Shown: positions 13,601 through 25,791 of the stretch, one piece after another
Numbering within the stretch: the first letter of the stretch is position 1
Layout of the letters: each line of letters opens with the position of its first letter
Made by a program: the position numbers and the translations under genes
Assembly: GCA_030704615.1 (NCBI GenBank)
Contig: CM060733.1
Span: 68,572,001-68,636,000, forward strand
Length of the DNA: 64,000 nt
DNA from: Takakia lepidozioides
Lineage: Eukaryota; Plantae; Bryophyta
Reading direction: 5' to 3'
The notes under the pieces: generated by a model
Database searches by the model: none
Seen by the model: the letters and a program-made list of their open reading frames with translations, nothing else
Told to the model about the DNA's origin: nothing

Positions 13601-15218
13601 GTCATTCCTCTCATCTATACCAAGGTCTTAACTGATGAAGATGAATTCGGTGCAATAGGATCAGATGAGGAGTCGAAAGATTTGAGTGAGGAAGATCTTC
13701 GTACTGAAGAGAACCTGAAGTGCAAATCACAGAGGGAAAACTACGCCTTGGGACCTAATAAAGACCACGATGATGATGAGGGGAAGAATTGTTGGGGGAT
13801 GTGGTCAAGTCATAGGCCTAGGGTTGTATGAGTGTAACTCTGATTCCGATTGTCTGAGTGGTATATGGTAGGGAAGAAACCGTGAATGTGAGTCATGTGG
13901 AAGGAAAGCCATTTACAGGTATGGAACTACCATTTTCAGAGAGAGGGATTTGTAGAGTTGTTCACAATCAAACTATGACCGAGTAGCATGGATAATAGCA
14001 CTTTCCCTCAGGACCACAAAACCAAGAGATCCTTGATCTCGACTCATTGACGAAGACAAATTAGTACAAAGACGTGTTGAGACATAGTGCTCCGTCCATT
14101 CCCTACCTACAACGAACGAATACTCCTGCATTGGCAGATCAAATCACAGAGTCAGAATTCACTTCTGAATCGAAGACCCAGATTGATAGACATGTCCGTA
14201 GGAAATGAACCTCCAAGAATGATAAAGCTAGAACCTCAGCTGACCGCCAGCAGATGTTTCTTCATCTTGATGGTATTCACAATGTTCATGTCAGGCATGG
14301 CACTGATGCCTCACAAATTTGCCATTTGTTTCACATTTGGCTGCATCTTCATCATGGGAGCCTTCTTTGCACTAAAAGGGCCCAAAACTCAATTTCTACA
14401 CATGAGTTCCAAAGAGAAAAGGCCGTTATGGTAGGATTTCTTGGGAGCATGGCAGCCACAATTTATGTGTCCATGGTTCTCCATCAATTCTCTATAAAGT
14501 TTTGTAGTCATTCCTTCCGCTTTGATAAGAGGAGATAGAAAGTACTTCAAGGAAGGAGATTTGGTAATGGTGTTTGACAGCAAGAATGAAAACTTCAAGC
14601 AAAATTCGACTCTTTGTGGATGGGTCCGTATGCGGTACATGAAGTCTTCGACAATGGTTATTTACAACTGGAGACCTTGAGGGGGGAGTGGTTTCCAAAT
14701 AGAGTAAATGGAATACGAGGCAAGCATTATAATGTGTGACCCAGTCCAGAGTAAGCATAGGTTATGTCTTGCCCTACTCTTTTCTAGTCAAGAGTGGAGC
14801 TTGAATGGAAGCAGGGCAGTGAATTTCACTTTGGTTTGATGTTGGACGAAACAGAAATGACGGTGGGGTATTTACAGATCATCATCAGTTCAAATTTTAG
14901 AAAGGGTAAACGACAATATTCTCTCTACCTTGTATCTCTTTAAATTGGTTGTCCGGTCATTCTTAACAATGTACAAGGTGAAAATTAATCTTGTGCAGGG
15001 TTTGAAAACGACGTCAGATTTTGCATCCATATGTCACCTGCATTATTGCCGATAATTTTGTAAAAATGCATGCCCAATGAGGCGCTTCAGTTCCGAATCA
15101 TATCTCATGTGCATATAGGGTTTGCTGAACGAACACTCTGCCAGTATACTAATGTTCCCTGCATGGAACACTGCAACTTCATGAATGTGGATCTCTAACC
15201 TTGTACCCTCCCTTCCAA
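10666..15218 (+). mobile_element. Degenerate non-autonomous gypsy-like element lacking the RT/RH/INT core
   Basis: gag-like LPWFSGEPHENPEYHVK...WFSTTLRG (11091-11576), Zn knuckle CGKCGRSSHRTEEDC, protease CLVDGGSSVNIM (~13276), INT tail FKEGDLVMVFDS...WMGPY..EVFDNG (~14540-14680). Boundaries and LTRs not resolved. Confidence 0.75.
14255..14484 (+). pseudogene. SFT2: Captured fragment of Got1/SFT2-family vesicle transport gene
   Basis: FFILMVFTMFMSGMALMPHKFAICFTFGCIFIMGAFFALKGPKTQFLHMSSKEK..GFLGSMAATIYVSMVLH matches my recollection of plant SFT2-like proteins. A second copy lies on the minus strand at 2142-2246 plus 8694-8810. Confidence 0.85.
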
Positions 15219-15472
15219 TGTCGGCCCTGGAGACTCTGTCGGTGCGGGGAGAAGGTGATAAACCTGCCGTGAATGGTGATGTTAGGCGCTCGCACAATGT
15301 GGCGTAGATTGTGGGATTCTTGCACGTGGCACCCTTGATGAGGCCTGTCCCCTGAGCCTGCCTGATGTGCAGCATCCCTATATGCTTCGTGGTTTCAGTA
15401 GGGAGCATCTTACAAAAGTAGAAGTGAGTGAGGTTGCTTTGTCCAATCAGGCTGTACAGCTCTCCCAGGATG

Positions 15473-16483
15473 TCAGTATGTGTGTGAATCAAGCTGACGT
15501 TTTCGACGACGATGGTAAAGCGCAATCCGCACAACAATGGCCTCCTTGTCAGATATCTTGGCCCCTGATCGGCTCTTTTTTTGGATTTGCACCTGAGGTT
15601 TAATGAGAACATTATCTATCCTGATACCCAAGTCCATAATACGGGTACGCGTATCCTCTATGGCGAGATTTAGGAAACCGAATGTAGTTTCAGGGTTGGG
15701 CTTGTAGACATGTAGGATCTCGAAGTTGTTGCCGTGATCAAAAGTCTCGGTGATAAAATGCATTGCGAGTTGGGTGCCCACGGTGCACTGTAAAATGTCG
15801 TCCGTGAAGTAGAGGGAGAGCCGATCAGATGAGGCGAGCAGGTCGTATGCTTTTTCAACTTTCCTTTGTAGCATGACTTCTGGCTCCATCTCGAGCACGA
15901 ACGGCCTGTCGCCACGGAGTAGAGCCAGACCATCTACCTCCGGGTGTCGAAGCTCAACCTTCATGAGCCCTGACCATATCTGTGTCGTAGGCTTACAATA
16001 GACAGAGATTGGGGCGAAGAGAACATTACCTAGAGGGATGTTCATGTCACGGAAACGCAGGGTTGCCCTGGGGTGGACCAAATCCTTATGCAATTCGACA
16101 GTGGAATCGAAACGAATCATTATATGGTAGGGGTTAGCAAGAAGACTTGTATCTTTGTTGACTGCTGTGCCTGTGGGAAGCTGCGTGAGATGGAGAAACT
16201 GTCTGTCAAGACCATCTGGTCGAGTGGATGGGTACAGTCTCTGAGGGACTCTTGGAAAGGCCTTCTTGCAATGAATGAGCTCCTCGCACTCAGATGGGGG
16301 GATGCCTAGAAGTAGTAGCTGCTCCTTGGTTGGTGATTCGATGACCCAGGGGAAGTTGTTCTTGTAAGCGTACGTTTCCATGTTCTGACACCCGTACCAA
16401 AGGTGCAGGGCTCTTTTGTGACTGGTGACTTCCACATGTTGCTGCTCGTTAGATTCATTGTGTTGATTTCTGGACTTCTTCAA
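15473..16483 (-). CDS. Uncharacterised protein, possibly ORF1-like of a non-LTR element; continues frameshifted to ~15219
   Basis: 336-aa ORF of globular composition (HLTQLP...WSGLMKVELRHPEVDGLALLRGDRPFVLE) after a P/S/T-rich leader. The family assignment is from memory only. Confidence 0.5.
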   Translation of the reverse strand: MKKSRNQHNESNEQQHVEVTSHKRALHLWYGCQNMETYAYKNNFPWVIESPTKEQLLLLGIPPSECEELIHCKKAFPRVPQRLYPSTRPDGLDRQFLHLTQLPTGTAVNKDTSLLANPYHIMIRFDSTVELHKDLVHPRATLRFRDMNIPLGNVLFAPISVYCKPTTQIWSGLMKVELRHPEVDGLALLRGDRPFVLEMEPEVMLQRKVEKAYDLLASSDRLSLYFTDDILQCTVGTQLAMHFITETFDHGNNFEILHVYKPNPETTFGFLNLAIEDTRTRIMDLGIRIDNVLIKPQVQIQKKSRSGAKISDKEAIVVRIALYHRRRKRQLDSHTY

Positions 16484-18899
16484 GTACGAGGGAGCTGGGG
16501 TGTCTGCACTATTGACCTCCCGTGAGGACCTCTTGGGAGGTTGGCTGGTTGGGGTAGTAATCGTCGCAGGTTGATTGCTGGGGGGGGGGGCAGTAATTTG
16601 GCCGATGCGTCGGTCATTTGCTGATCAAGGTGCTGTTGCTAACTTGTGGAATTGGTGTTGGGTGGTGTGGACTGGGCCGGGGAGGTACTATGAGGAGTTT
16701 TGCCAGTAGGATGTTTGATGGCAGCGGACTCGGGAGCCAGTGAGGTAGGCGTAGCTAGACTGTCATCAAACATTTTTTTCTTTGAAGCTTTGCTTTTGGG
16801 GCGAGCCTTGGGGGAAGTGGAAAGGATTGGGAGACAAGACATGATTGTAGGTAGTGAAGAGGAGGGGTCTGTGAAGAGTACTACACTGTATGGAATTGAA
16901 AAATCAGAGAGGAACGTACAGAGAGAAAGGGAGAGGATGGCAGAATGGGGTGCAGGGGATATAAAGGTGGCTGTGGAGTCCAGGAGAAGCTGCGAATGTG
17001 AGCTTGGCAACAGAGTGCGGCAGATGTATAGTGTGCAAGGGGGGGGGGGGGGGGGGTATACTGGCAGATTTGGTGGATTGGAGTAAAACAGTGGCGGCGT
17101 GAGGCTGTCAAGAGCCCCCCATGTTGGAGTGGAGGGAGTAATCCATGAATTAAGTTTGGTTGCGTAATTACTTAGGGCCAGGTTAGGGGTATGGCAACCA
17201 AGTACGTGTATAGTGCAGTGTGGGTTCACCGCTTCGGATGTAGTAGTGGCGGCGATATGGTAGAGTGGCTGGCAGTGAGATGTGTTAATAGAGTAATGAG
17301 CTGCCCATTGAAGACAAGTTATGTGTGTGGGGGGGGACAAGAGCAGAGCTTGTCTGGGTAGTGTTGGTGTAATATGAGATGGAGAGAAGGCTGTTTGCAG
17401 GGGAATTAATGTGGCCGATGCATTTAGGAGGAGTGATGGTATGGTCGAGTATGGCAGTTTGTTATTAGGGCTGTGAGGCTTGGGAGTAAATTGTGTGGGT
17501 AGAGAATGATCTGGTGAGGGTTCTGGGACCAGTGGGGGATGAAAGATGTAAGGATTGGTGGTCTAGGCAGGGTACAGGCTGGTAAGTGGGGTGTTGCGTA
17601 GGGAGGTAGCATGGGGCAAGGGGCAAATTGTGAAGGGCAATGATATACATATAACAGGGTGGTGCTAGTAAGTAGCATGGGTTACATAGATGGGTGGGGT
17701 GGGGGGAGTAGTAGGTAAGTAACCAATTTGAAATGATTTTTTCATGTGTGGAGTGGCTATGGTAGAAGTGGGACTGTGTATTAGCTGGTTCAAGGGGAAT
17801 TAAGTGAGTACTGGTATTCGGGTGTGGTTGGTGGGAATCAGTGTGTGTATAGAGGGCTGGTAAGGGAGTGATGGATGGATGTGGGGGGGGGGGGGGGGGT
17901 GGCATGTGTGTGAAGGTGTGGGGGAAGCAGCATGAGGACCTAGGGAACCAGGCTTGTGGGAAATAAGGGTATGTGGCTATCCAGCGAGTAGGCTTGGTGC
18001 TAGTGTACTCAGAGTGTGTGTATAGTAGGTCTTGGGGTAACATGTGCTTATATTTTGAAATTTATTCATGAATAGGGACATAAAATTGTGGTGCATGGAG
18101 AAACATGGAGAGGTGAGGAAGTGAATCATCAAGTGTTGTGAGTGAGCCAGAGTTTAGGAAGTAAAACCAATTAGAGTGTGGAAACCGAAAGTCAAATAAA
18201 TGGTTGAGAGGGCATCAATTCTAGCATCAACCTGAGGAACGAGGCAATTGAGCTGTGAAGTAATGAGTCTCCTGTTAAGGAATAAACAGAGATTGTATCT
18301 AGCAGGCAGCTGCCATTGCCCTAAAGAAGAGTGTGGATAGGAGAAGCACCACGGTGTTGAGGATAGCACGGTATGTAGGCACCAATTATTGGGCACCAGC
18401 CGCATAACATCAACAACGAGCATTAGAAATGAGGGTCGCAGTAGGCGAGGCAACACTGGAGGAGTGATTGGGCAGTTGGGGATGGAGTCATGTGACCAGG
18501 TAGGAGGGTACAGCCAGTTGACAGCTTGTCTGGAGAAGTAATAGAACGAAGTAAGTGGCTGCTGGGTGGGGGGGCGCAGCACAGCATCAGGCTGGAAGCG
18601 TGAGGAGATGAGAAGATTGAATCCACGAAAGCTTGGTAGAGGGAGCCACTATAAAGGTATGGCCTTGTTGTCAGCCTGCCAATAGGTGTTGCACAAGTAA
18701 AAACCACGGTGCAAGTTTGATTGAGTGTGGGTAATGTGAACCAGGAGTGGTGGGACAGCAGGGGGGGAGGATCAGTGGGTAGCTGAGGTAGGGAAAGGGG
18801 AGTAGGAAAATTTGGGCAGGAGAGGGTGGCTAGGGGTTTGACGGGTGATATCTGGTGTGACACAGGGGTTGTGCCTGCCTGAGATTGTACTCATAAGAC

Positions 18900-21215
18900 G
18901 TTGTTTGCCGTAGCCTTGTGGCCATTGGACCGCCGCCCAGTTTGAGCGGGAACAAAAGGGACAGAACCTACCTCTGTCAGGGGCTGACGTTGGTAGTAAG
19001 ACTTACCTCCATATAAAGAATTAATCCGGGTTTTCCAGATATCCTCTAGAAATCCCTTCACACAAGCATCAATCTGCTGTGTGTGATTTGCCCAAAAACT
19101 AGGCCTCAGGAGGGCCTGGGCTTTGGCTCAGCCTCGAGACTTTCAAGTTGGTAAACAGGGGTACAGGCACAATTCCCTTAATAGATTTGAAGAGAGCGTC
19201 TCTTTGGTGAGAGAACCCCGGACAGTGTATCAGAAAATGAATACTACTTAGCCTGTTTGACAGGGCGGTCCTGTTTCCAAGATATAGAGTCGATTAATTT
19301 AGGATATCTGGTGTTGGGCATATGTTGCAGCTGACCCCACCATCTGACCTTGAATTCATCTCGTCAGGAGCTTAAGGACGGAATGCCAAACTCACCCCGA
19401 ACAGCCACATTGGCTGTTTTGGAGCATGCTGACATACACTCCTTAAGCACACCCTCTTGAATGGATTCTAGAGACTTAGCCTGGTTGGAGTTATCAACCC
19501 ATATAGCAGATCCGTACTCCAAGGCAGGTCTAATAACGCGACAAAGCATGGTTTTCTTAACCTCAGAGTTGACCCCTCTGCAGTGGAAAAATTTAGTGAG
19601 CCCCAGAGCTTTGCCCTTGCCAGTTTGAACAACTTCCCGGATATGTGCATCCCAATTACAATTGGAGGAGAACTCAACGCCCAGGTAAGTGTAGGAAGGG
19701 AGGACCGGGATCTCTTGGCTACCCCACTGCCACTTAAGATCACTTCCTCCCTCTCCTCTGTCGTTGAATGCTACCACTGCACATTTGCTGACATTAGCCT
19801 CTAGCCCCCAAAGATCAAAGTATCTCTTCGCGCAATCAATCAACTCCTGGAGATTGGTTGGAGTCTCCCTATGCCTGCGAAGTCATCCGCAAACATAAGG
19901 GCTGGTATGGTGGTATCACCCACCCTTAACCCAAATCCCTCACTTTCCACATCCTCGAGGAGTTGATTGATGAAAACATTGAAGAGCAGAGGGGAGAGAG
20001 TACATCCTTGAGCTACACCTTGGTCTATGTCAAAGAAGTTGGACTTCTGTCCGTTAACAGTGACACAGCTTTTGGTGTGAGCATACAAGTTGTGGACAAC
20101 TCTCCACATCTTTCCCTTGATCCCACAAGACCAGAGGCGGAACCATAGGCCATCCCTCCACACTGTGTCATAAGCCTTTTTGACATCCAGGAAAAAGACA
20201 TAAGTGGGTTTCCCTTCTTTTTCCTTCCCTGGATAATCTGGCTTAGAGTGAAGATATGATCCACACAGCCCCTGTTTCGCCGAAAGCCAGCTTGGCCTTC
20301 GTGGAAACAACCTCTGGACTCCAGATCAACCTCGAGACGAGTACTTATAACTCTGCAGAATGTCTTGCCAACAGATTGAGAGCGTGATGCCACGGTAGTT
20401 CCCCGGTTCTTCTCTGTCACCCTTCTTGTATAGATTGACAATGACCCCCTGTCGCCAGCGAAAGGGGATCATTTCAGTCTTCCAGATAAGGTTAAAGAGG
20501 AGAACTAGGGCCTCTATCATGGGATCGCCACCGTGCTTGATAAGCTCGTTGACAATACCATCAGGTCCACCAGCTTTATATCCATTTAAATGTTCAATTG
20601 CTTCCACAATCTCAGAAGAACTAATGGGAGCATTATAAGCCATTGAAATATACTCCAGTTCATCAGGGCTGTTTTGAATCATAGGAACAGTTTTTCCAAC
20701 TGTGTCCCTCCATTCAGCAGAAGACCCCTCACTGTTAGACCTAGAAGTTCTGCCAAGGATACTGTAGTGAGTTTCAAAGGTTTTGACAATGTCAACCGAT
20801 GAAGTCACCACTGCACCTTTAGTAGTCTTCAGCGCTTGTACTTGCTGACCGTTTTTCGGTTTGTACAAACGTTGAAGGGCCAACCAGAATTTCTTGTCAT
20901 TACCACCATGGTGGTTTGAGTTTATTTCACTGTATAACTTGTCCCAGTATAATTTCTTCTGAGACCTAACAAGCTGATTGATATCTTTACGGAGCTGGTA
21001 GTACCTCGCCCACAATTCTCTGTTGGTTTCCAAATTGCAGCACTCTTTATAGAGGGCTCGTCTCTCAGCTATCTTGAGTTTAATCTCATTAGTCCACCAA
21101 TTAACTGCTCTACCGCAGACAATTAGTTTCCTCCCAATGATCTTGTCAGCCACGGAGGAAACGAAACTCTCCCAAGAGTCCACTGCTCTTTCGACTTCAT
21201 TTCTTGCGTTAACAG
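18900..21215 (-). mobile_element. 5'-truncated non-LTR retrotransposon (LINE) ORF2 with RT, frameshifted
   Basis: KAGGPDGI, KKGDREEPGNYRGITL, QAGFR, FLDVKKAYDTVWR, QGVAQGCTLSPLLFNVFI, FADD, YTYLGV. No endonuclease visible; ends approximate. Confidence 0.9.
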
Positions 21216-23481
21216 AGAGGGTATAAGAGGATGTGACATGAGGTGGTATGTGCTGGTGTGGAGGGGGGGCTATATGATAAGTGTGGGTGGCAGGGCAGGT
21301 ATGGGAGTCAAAGTGAAGGGGGACATTGGACAAATTGTGTGATTTGAGATTAGCAGCCCCCAGCCATTAGGGTGAAATCCACGCTGCCCACATACAAATC
21401 TGAGAGAGAGTCCAAGGGGGGGATAGCCAAGTATTAAGCAGCAAAATACTTTTGGTATCTAGGTGTGTGAGAGAGAGCAGGGTGGTGCAAAGAATTTGCG
21501 TAAGTAGAACGCGGTGTCTAAGAGAAGTAGAGTACCTTGGTGGCGCAAGTGAAGCAACACTTACTAGCTGAGTGTTGAGAAAAATGTGAGCGTTATAATG
21601 TTGTGGATGGACTTGACTTAGTGGTGGAACAGATAACCGGGAGAGGGAAGGTATAAACCTGATTTGTATTGAGAAGTCACAAAGAACAGTCAGTAAAGTT
21701 GAGGGTGGGCCTGGAAACGTTGGACGTAGGGCAGCAGTAGTTGGACTGTCACAATGCTGGAGCCAGACAGGAGCTGGAGGGGCGTCATAGGCGCCTGGCT
21801 GATGTAGAGTATGGATTGTGGAGTTTATGTGGTCGGATCCGTAGTTTTGATACAGCCTGGTGGTGACCCTGGCTACAAGCAACAACACAATTCTGTGGCC
21901 CTGTACTGGCAGCTTAATAAGATAATACTCAAGTTTATCCCTGGTGGTGATATAGCTCACCTGAGGGAGTGACACTAGGGAGGATATGACTGTAAAAGTG
22001 TTAAAACTGTACCATTTGGAATAAGACATTATGTACCGATGCTGAGGGGTTTGGGCAAGTGCATTGGGGGGAACGGCATACCTTTGAGCAAATCTAAAAG
22101 GGTTGGCAGGATCTAGAGTAAAAACAGATTGGAGCTGGGATGGAAAACTAGAGGGAAGAAGCAATTGCATGGTAATTGTATTACAATGGAGATCAAGCTA
22201 ACACATTAATGTAAAGGGATTCACTGTTGTGGGGGAAGGGAGATGGGTAGATGATAGCAAGAGAATTAAGTGAATCGGGTCTACCGGGGATCGTTTCCAG
22301 AGAGGTCGATGTAGGGAGCCGGGGTTGTATGGCGATGAGAGGAGAGACTTGTAGCTTGAAATGGAGTCATCGATATAGAAGGAGAGGTTGTGACGAGCCC
22401 GAACGTCCCAAGCCATGGCTTTAGGGCCAGCTCCATGAAGACTCCTCGAAGCTGATCGGCGACCATTGATATATGGGGGGGAGTCTCTAATCCCAGGGGA
22501 GACTCCAGTAAGCCTTGATGGAGAGGGTAGGGGGGGGGGGGGGGGGGGAAGAGATTTGTAAGCATAACCTTGAGTGCGGCCAGTCGGACAGACTGAAAGA
22601 CAGTGGGGCAGCCAGATGAGTCGTAGTCGAAAGAAGCCCGATAGTTAACTGTAGAACCGAACAGTGGGGTGCTGGTAGCCAAGTACGGGGAAGCATCAGC
22701 AAGCCATGAGAACCAAGCAGGCCCACATGAACTTGTTCAGGGGAGGAACAAGTTGGGATCGAGGCCGAGGAGCCCCCGGTGTACGAGTGAGTGGTCGCAT
22801 TGTAAGTTGCCTCCAGATTTCATGAGGCACCTCCCTTCGCTCTCTTATTTCTTTGAAAACCCTTTCTGCTTCTGCTGGTATTGACATTCTTGAAGTGGAT
22901 TTGTTCTTACTGTAGGATGCCAAGTACGGCAGGAGGGACGTCTACACCGGAGTTCATGGGCAGGAAGAACGTGCCTTTTTTTGCCAGGGGGGGTTTCATG
23001 CCTAGTCCAGAAAGGGACTACATCCTTCCTACTTATGCTGCCCGGCTTGCTTCGGTGTCCATTAGGAGGTGTTCCGAACCTAGTCGTGTACAGTAGATTT
23101 TAGACGAGGCAAGCCTCAAAAAAATGAAGATGAGGGAGGAGGCAGCAGCTATTAGAGCCCGTTGGGCTCGTAGATTTGTCTTGGATTCTGCTGAGGAAAG
23201 TGGGGGAGAAGAGGCAGAAGATTCCCAGGAGGTGAGGTGGACAGTCCCCCAAGGAGAGGACGGCATTTTTGAGAGGCATACTGTAACCGATGCATCACAG
23301 AGCTCGGAGGATGGGGGATGAGGGGGATGAGAAGAAGGAGGGCCAAGTTCCTCGGAAGGTATAGGAGAGTAGTTCCCATTCCTGCTATGACAGTTATGAC
23401 ACACTTGTATAGACGTGGCTTGCCACAAAATTTGCAATAAAATGTTTCATTTCATTGCTATGACGAGTCCACATGACCTTA

Positions 23482-23566
23482 TATCGTGCGCATACGTATC
23501 GCTACACAACTACATCGTTGTCCAAACCACACCACACATATATGCACAATAAAGTAGTCTGCCACA
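23482..23566 (-). repeat. Terminal repeat A, copy 2 (85 bp)
   Basis: Matches 23922-24006 with 3 transitions. Confidence 0.93.
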
Positions 23567-23567
23567 A

Positions 23568-23919
23568 TGATAAAAAAAACTAAAGACACATTGTTCACAC
23601 AGAAAACATGAAATCCATCAACATCACTCTTTAAGATAATAGTCGAGCCAGGGGCACCCCAAGCTATGGGGACTCCACCCCACAACAACCTATACCCCTA
23701 CATAAGCACACTCAGATTCTAAAGCATGAAGGAGCTCGGTCGCGTAGGCTCAACTCGAGAGAGATGAGCCGCGCGACTGACGCTCTCGTGAAGATAAGAC
23801 AGTTCAGGTGTCAAACTAAACTTGACACCTGATTTAACACTTGACCTAAATTCAAGTGTTAAATACAAATAACTAGCTTTATTCTAGTTAGTTTTACACT
23901 GTGCTTATTTAACTTGACA
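23568..23919 (-). repeat. Terminal repeat B, 3' copy (352 bp)
   Basis: Minus strand TGTCAAG...TTATCA; near-identical to 33309-33658. Confidence 0.95.
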
Positions 23920-23921
23920 GC

Positions 23922-24006
23922 TGTCGTGCGCATACGTATCGCTACACAACTACATCGCTGTCCAAACCACACCACACATATATGCACAATAAAGTAGTCT
24001 GTCACA
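23922..24006 (-). repeat. Terminal repeat A, copy 1 (85 bp)
   Basis: Minus strand TGTGACAG...CACGACA, directly after the PPT. Confidence 0.93.
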
Positions 24007-24020
24007 ATCGCCCCCCTAGC
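24007..24020 (-). promoter_or_regulatory. Polypurine tract
   Basis: Minus strand GCTAGGGGGGCGAT immediately before the TG of repeat A. Confidence 0.7.
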
Positions 24021-24266
24021 TGGTGGATAGGTCCCTCTAACTCCAGATAGCTACAAGATGTAATAGCCACAACCGTACTAAGTCCTCTATCACTGTCCCT
24101 ATTGTACTCAAACTCTAAAGACCAAGAGGCCGGGTACAAGAGTAGCCCTATCGTTAGTCGCCGTCTTGCAATCTGTGAACTTGAGCCAGGATCTCGTGTG
24201 TTCAAGGTCTCCTAGTAGCTTGGCCTTGCATTTCTTGTTAGCCTCCCATGGTTGTATCCACTCCCA

Positions 24267-24420
24267 CTATCCAATGCATTGTGGACATAACCAATCCCCA
24301 TCCGGAACCATCTCAAGAGGTGGAGTCAAGCATCCCATATGCCAACCTCTAGAGCATCGATCACACACCAGCATGGTGGCTGCCCCTTTAGTAGACCCAT
24401 ACAACATGCACCTCAAACTT
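24267..24420 (-). CDS. PHD finger at the integrase C-terminus
   Basis: CMLY...MLVCDRCSRGWHMGCLTPPLEMVPDGDWLCPQC: C4HC3 pattern with the second Cys mutated to Tyr. Confidence 0.9.
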
Positions 24421-25430
24421 GCAGATACCACTGCCAGGTTTGGGTCAATCCTGCCATCGACATTTAGAAGGTGACATGGCGCACAATTACGCACATGGTC
24501 CTTCCAAGTTATGCCATCCCGACCCTCCAAGACCAAGACGCCTGAGGGCAAGACCTCTCGAACCCTCAAAATAACACGTCATGCAGTCACATCCAAGATC
24601 GTAGGAGCAGTCTGCTGCAGATAGACATAGTCACCAGGGTTGAATCTCCGAACCCCAAGACGATAGCCCCCACCACTTATGGTAGCATACCTCAACGTAT
24701 CACGGTGTTGTGCAATGGCAAGGTTCTCGAAAGCCATGGGCATGACTTTCTTGAACAACTCTGCACGCTGCTCACATGCACGTGCCCACACGTCCGGATC
24801 GTCAAGGTTAAGAACTGTAGCAGCTTCCATGCGAATGGATGTAGGCAAATCCAGCTCTCGGCCAAAGAGAAGAAAGTATGGTGAGAAGGAGGCAAGTGAT
24901 GCTTGCTTGCTGAACTTGTAGCCCATGGCTAACCAAGGTAACTGAAGGTCCCAATCTCCTAGGTGTCCCTTCTGCAAGCCATACTTGCGCAAACCCCTCT
25001 TTACTGTCTGAACAACTCTCTCTGCGAAGCCATCGGCCTCAGGATGATCCCGAGAAGTGGTGCGGTGGTCTATCAAGGCCTTGTCACACAAAGCCTAAAA
25101 CTCCCCCAAGAACTCTCTCCCTTGGTCCGTGAGTACCTCAGCTAGAGCACCGAATCGGCTAAGCACACAATCCAAGAATGCATACGCAGCTCCCTCACTA
25201 GCCTTATCAGGCAATGGAACCAACTCGATCCACTTGGAGAAGTGTTCCACCATCACCAACCCGTACTTGTTGTGGCGCATGGTCAGTGGCAACGGCCCTG
25301 CGAAGTCAAGACTCCACCTGTAGCCCAATCCCATGATCGGAAGAGGGTGCAATTGTGGAGTAGGGGCGTTGAATGAAGCACGCACCCTGTCACACACCAT
25401 GCACCTAGCCACAAATTGTGAGGCACAATC
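24421..25430 (-). pseudogene. DDE (rve) integrase
   Basis: CMVCDR, WSLDFAGPLP, VEHFSKW, LTDQGREF, HPEADGFAERVVQT. The HH half of the Zn motif appears deleted near 25425. Confidence 0.9.
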
Positions 25431-25791
25431 CTCACTCGACCATCCTCCCCCACTCGGAGCAGGTGTGTCCCCTCCCACTTGAACCTCTTGGCTCGTTGCA
25501 GGATCCGATCCCTCTCCTTGGCACTCACAGTGGCTGCAGTGTCTCCAATGCGGAGGTAGTCCAACACAACTGAATCCTCATGTATGTCTTTGGCGCCACC
25601 TTGCTCATTGCTGGCCTCAGGGTCCTCAGACATTTGATCTACAGTCATTCCTGTTGCAGGTCCAACTTGGCCTTCCGCTGCCAAGATACATAGAAATGCA
25701 GATGCATGCCATCCGGGCACCATCTCCTCGTCCGTCTCACCATGCCACCGAGCTCCAGTGTCATCCTGCTGGCTCGTGCATGGATTGCGAC

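Noticed and set aside
16639-18043. P/H/T/S-rich ORFs resembling extensins
   Set aside because: Explained by compositional skew; no signal peptide or regular SPPPP periodicity.
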